A stretch of DNA of 13,311 nucleotides from Paraspadella gotoi (lineage: Eukaryota > Animalia > Chaetognatha), in assembly GCA_051294375.1 (NCBI GenBank), contig JBJCIZ010000481.1, forward strand, positions 1-13,311, given 5' to 3'. Each line of letters starts with the position of its first letter. The stretch's first letter is position 1. The position numbers and the translations under genes were made by a program. Positions 9,249 to 13,311 of this stretch are shown here, one piece after another. Under the pieces are notes generated by a model. The model was not told the origin of the DNA. It searched no databases and was given only the letters and a program-made list of their open reading frames with translations.

Positions 9249-9693
9249 AAAATTTTGATTCGGCTGTATTAATTTTTATCATCGTTATTAATATTAGTTA
9301 ATTTTCTTCAATTTAGGTCCAGAGTAACATGAAAATGATTTTTCCGTACCAGTAACTAAGAGCCTCGCCCACAACACAACTGACAAAGAAAAACAAAAAC
9401 AAAGGGCCCAAAGGCACATCCTGGTTAAACCAAAAGACTAAAGACTAAAATTTGAACCCTTTACTATCATCGCCTTTGTCTGCGTTTCTATTAATTAAAA
9501 AACTTGGGTTTATTTGAAGACAAACAAATATTTTTTATTCGATGCTCATGAGAGATTTTTCAGGGCTAAATATTATAGAAGCTGTGATAAAATAAAAAAA
9601 AGAATCTAAATTTTTTCTTACAATTTCCCTTTTATTTCCTAAAAAAAAAATATCTATCTTTATGTTTTATTTTTTTGGAAAACTTCAAAACAG

Positions 9694-10460
9694 CTGAATT
9701 CAACAAAGAAAAAAGCTGCAAATTGTTGACCCCTTGGAAAGGCGGCCAAATAATTTCATTTCTCTTTCTCTTGAAGCAACTGGAAAGACCTTGGACGACT
9801 TTTTGGAAGCAGGCGGCCTTGCATGTCCAACGGGAAGAGCAAGGAACGATGTACCTGGAAATTTTTGCAATTCAAGACCGTAAGACTTCTGCAAGCCAGG
9901 TTGAAGAAAACAATAAGAGAAGAAGGAACTGTATGCCATCATTCAAACAATGAATAGGCGGCTTTTTAAATGTAGGATTGAGCTCCTGGAACAAAGCCAA
10001 ACCAAAGCCAAAGCCAAAAGCCCACACAAAATTGTCATGAGAAACGGGGATCAAAGGTGCTTGAAGGTTGGTCCTGTAAACGCACCCTGACAGCAACATC
10101 ATCGAAATATCTGGTCTAGGATGAAAGGAAATTTTGCGAATACAGACGCCATGAAACAGTCCATGAAATCAATAAAATTAATAAAACGAGTATTTAAGGG
10201 GAACTGGAACCCTTCATTTTTGCCGCAGCCCTCTACGCCTTCTCCCCTAGTTGCATGGAAGCTGGAAGCAAATGCGCTCACACGAGTTCTAAAAAGTAAT
10301 ATTTTCCTTCAAATCAACTTTTTTTTTCACCAAGATCGATTCTAGAGTTTTTCGGATATTAGCAACTCGGTTAAAACATAGGTTAAAAACCGGCGAATCT
10401 GGGACCCTTGCAGTCCCGGGAGGCTAATGACCTGCCATTGTTCATATAGTCATCAATTGA
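9694..10460 (+). mobile_element. IS630/Tc1/mariner-superfamily DDE transposase-like coding segment (C-terminal half), frameshifted
   Basis: 10054-10129 reads, allowing small indels, K-V-L-R-L-P-V-T-H-P-D-S-N-I-I-E-(N)-I-W-S-R-M-K-G. HPDSNIIE is in one frame and IWSRMKG is one missing A away. This matches the ITm third-catalytic-residue motif (LPPYxPDLNPIENxW). Upstream fragments LDDFLEAGGL, KKELYAIIQTMN and RIELLE are coding-like. No terminal inverted repeats or first/second Asp motifs were identified, and the boundaries are approximate. Confidence 0.68.
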
Positions 10461-11118
10461 GGTCGTTTAATATATAGACTATGAGAGAGTCCCTTGATTG
10501 AAGCTGAAGGGACCTGCTATGTCATAATCTTGTAAGAGTGGATGATGCTTTACAACCATCAAAGCCTGTCCAAAGTCAGGGGCAAGATAGCTTACCTTAT
10601 TTAATGTACGGATAATTCATAATAAGTTCTGTACCAATGTCATACAACTCTTGCCTTTTATATATATTTTAGTATAAAGATATTTTAATTAAAAAAAAAT
10701 AAACTGTTGTGTTTGGTATTAATATCGAATTTGTTTTTCCTAAATTTTTTTTTCTAATTTTTTTTCATTAGATTCAGACGAAAATGGAACAGAAAGATTT
10801 CACTGAATGCAAGTCGTCCTTTCAGGATGAATCTAAAAATTCAGCTTCGTGTTTATGGAAGAAAAGAAAAATGTTGTAAATTTTCATGTTGTTTTACTTT
10901 ACTACTCGTCTATTAACCTGTTTACCTTATCGTTGTACAATTCTAAACCATTCCGATTTTGACATGACCCGATAGTGAATTTTTAGTAATAATAGTTATA
11001 TAATGCAACCGTTTTATTATAACCAAGTGCTAAATCTGGGGCAAGATAGCTTTGGTTATTTAAATAATGAATAATTTTTTTTATATTGGTTTCAGCCGAT
11101 TTTTTAATGAGTTAACTA

Positions 11119-11134
11119 AATAATAATAATAATA

Positions 11135-11189
<55 letters not shown>

Positions 11190-11207
11190 GTAATAAGGAA
11201 TAATAAT
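11119..11207. repeat. (TAA)n microsatellite
   Basis: Long near-perfect TAA run; source of the poly-I ORF. Confidence 0.97.
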
Positions 11208-11461
11208 ATCTGTTGGTTTTCCGAATGATTTGATTTTTTCCCCGCGCGTTTTTTTAGTCTAATAAAAACAAAATAGTAAAAGATTAAATCAGTCGAATTT
11301 ATTTTGTTTTGTTTCGAATAAAAAATTAAAAAATTCGTTTTTATTAATATTGTTTTGTGTGTGATGATATTTATCATTATTTAACATTTCTGTTTTCGTT
11401 GTGAAGAATTTTTTTTTTGACAAGAAAATTTCGTGATTTTTCAACTTTTTCAGGTTTCGTA

Positions 11462-11469
11462 AAGAGAGA

Positions 11470-11500
<31 letters not shown>

Positions 11501-11577
11501 AGAGAGAGAGAGAAGAGAGAGAGAGGAAAAGAGAGAGAGAGGAGAGAAGAGAGAGAAGAGAGAGAGAGAAGCAGAGA
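11462..11577. repeat. (GA)n microsatellite
   Basis: Near-pure GA run. Confidence 0.95.
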
Positions 11578-11611
11578 GTTTTATAACTCCCAGGCCCTTC
11601 CTACAACTCAC

Positions 11612-11912
11612 ACAGGTTCGGTTCCTCTTGTGAATTCGGGAAACAACCCAGGGGTCGCGATTCACAGACTGAAAAAATAAAAAAGAATATAAATATATTT
11701 AAAAAATATCGTAAACCAATTATTGATTATTAAAACCAAGCTTTACATAAAATAGTAAATTTTTTTTTTAAGTTGAAGTGGAAAGCATTATATGGATTTT
11801 TCTTACAATTTGGAAAAAAAAGAAAATACCGAAGCAATAAACAAGTTTTAAATTTATTAAACTTCTGTACGACGGCGCCGCGTCGGAAGATTGCGCGTCT
11901 CACAGTGCTGGG
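11612..11912 (-). CDS. Two candidate internal exons of an orphan gene D
   Basis: Exon 11912-11830 (CTGTTTTAG|PSTVRRAIFRRGAVVQKFNKFKTCLLLR, CG|GTATTT; open frame) and exon 11668-11612 (TTTTTTCAG|...|GTGAGT). The join needs an indel correction. Confidence 0.35.
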
Positions 11913-11917
11913 CTAAA

Positions 11918-12225
11918 ACAGAAAGGCAAAAGAGAGAGAGAAGGAGAGAAAAAGAGAGTAAGACAGAGAGAAAAAGAAGAGAGAGAGAGAAGAAGAGAGA
12001 AAGAGAGAGAGAAAGAAATAAAGAAAGAGAAAGAGAGGTGAGAGGGAAAGAAAGAGAGTAAGAAGAGAGAGAGAGAGAGAGGAAAGAGAAGAAGAGTGAG
12101 AGAAAAAATAGAAGAAAGAGAAAGAGGAGGGAGAGGAAAGAAAGAGAGAGAGAGAAGAGCAGAGAGGAGAGAGAGAAAGAGAGAAAAAAGAGAGGGAGAG
12201 AACGAGAGAGAGAGTAGTAAGGCAG

Positions 12226-12275
<50 letters not shown>

Positions 12276-12400
12276 AGCAAATAGAGAGAGAAGAAAGAAT
12301 AGAAAGAGAAAGAAGAGTGAAGAGAGGCAAGAAAGAGAGAGAGAAAAGAAGAGAAGGAGAAGAGAGAAAAAAAAAAAGAGAGAAAGAGAGAGAGAGAGAG
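11918..12400. repeat. Purine-rich (GA/GAA)n low-complexity tract
   Basis: About 480 nt almost only of A and G; a pyrimidine tract on the minus strand ending at the 11913 acceptor. Confidence 0.95.
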
Positions 12401-12432
12401 TCAGAGTCGAGAAATCGCGACCGTCGGTGAAT

Positions 12433-12457
12433 GTAGGTCACGTGACCTACGAGGTCA
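12433..12457. promoter_or_regulatory. 18-bp perfect palindrome with E-box core and AGGTCA half-sites
   Basis: GTAGGTCACGTGACCTAC (12433-12450) is its own reverse complement; a third AGGTCA follows at 12452-12457. Confidence 0.55.
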
Positions 12458-12940
12458 TCGATTTAAGGAAAAAGACTTTAATAAATAATTTAGGCTCAAA
12501 AATATTTAAAGAATAATTTTAACAGAAAATAATACTAATACTAATACGTTTAAGAAAAATTATATTAACTGCACTTAATACCAAGAATTGTCTAATATAT
12601 AAAAAAACCGATAATTAAATTAAATTAAATGCATAAGAATTTATTTCGAGTCAGGATACATCCGCCTCTATTAATTAGCTAAATATTTCTTTTTTATTAA
12701 AAAAAAAATTTTAAACAAAAAGAATATAATTAATTATTATCAATTAACATTCTTTCAGTATCTCTGTTTCTTTGATCCTGTCTCTATCTTTTTCTGACTC
12801 TGTCTCTTTTTCAGACTGTTTCCCTTTATTTTTCCAACTATATCTCTATCTTTCTTTGACTCTGTCTCTATCTTTTTCTCAGCGCGAGTCGAGTCAAGGC
12901 GTGTCGTCTTTCCGCCGGGCAAAGTTTAACCGGTCTCCTC

Positions 12941-13050
12941 GGCCCCTTGCCCTCAGCCTCGTGCCCTTAGCCTCGTGCCCTTAGCCCCTTGCCATTAGCC
13001 ACTTGCCCTTAACCCGTGCCCTCAGCCTCGTGCCCTCGTGCCTCTGGCCG
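12941..13050. repeat. GC-rich 7-bp repeat with 14-bp higher-order unit (GCCCTYA-GCCTCGT)
   Basis: gccctcagcctcgtgcccttagcctcgtgcccttagcc...gccctcagcctcgtgccctcgtgcctc. Confidence 0.85.
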
Positions 13051-13104
13051 TACTCCCGCCCCCGACCCCGAGGCGGTATTAAAAAGCAATACCACCACCC
13101 TCAG

Positions 13105-13108
13105 ACGG

Positions 13109-13153
<45 letters not shown>

Positions 13154-13311
13154 AGAGAGAGATAATGATAACGAGGATGACGAAAATGAATGATATATCT
13201 ATGAAAAAACAATGACGTGATGTTTGGATATGATGATTATGATAATGATTATGATGATGATGATGATAATAACGATGATGATGATAATGGTGATGATTAT
13301 GATGATGATGA
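13105..13311 (+). repeat. (GA)n followed by (GAT)n-rich tract; possibly the Glu-Arg/Asp-rich N-terminus of a further gene
   Basis: The repeats are directly seen. They read as ERERE-DNDNEDDENE...DDYDNDYDDDDDDNNDDDDNGDDYDDD and are preceded by TCCCGCCC (13054-13061) and TATTAAAA (13077). Coding status is inference only; no clear ATG. Confidence 0.6.

Noticed and set aside
1-13311. Possibility that the window is reversed or complement-only (prompted by the abundant GTC repeats)
   Set aside because: Canonical GT-AG signals with pyrimidine tracts and a readable transposase motif occur in the normal orientations.

Overview
Eukaryotic, AT-rich, microsatellite-dense DNA ((GA)n, (GTC)n, (TAA)n, (GAT)n), probably from an invertebrate; this is inference and the taxon cannot be fixed. 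It appears to be noisy single-molecule-quality sequence: coding frames shift every few tens of bases, so most entries in the ORF track are microsatellite artefacts. Reading splice signals instead reveals an unexpectedly gene-dense window. It holds (i) a ~7-8-exon orphan gene on the minus strand (~5801 to 1373) ending in a repeated poly-Asp tail; (ii) several smaller spliced orphan gene candidates (minus <1-980, plus ~6825-7790, minus ~11612-11912, plus from ~13105), three of which start with a CCCGCCC box followed by a (GA)n tract read as Glu-Arg repeats; (iii) a frameshifted IS630/Tc1/mariner-type DDE transposase segment (~9694-10460) with the motif KVLRLPVxHPDSNIIE(N)IWSRMKG; and (iv) several minisatellites, most notably a ~30-copy, palindrome-packed 22-bp array (8188-8895), plus an 18-bp perfect palindrome at 12433-12450. 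No rRNA, tRNA or CRISPR array was found. No gene symbol can be assigned, and all gene models require correcting inferred indels.
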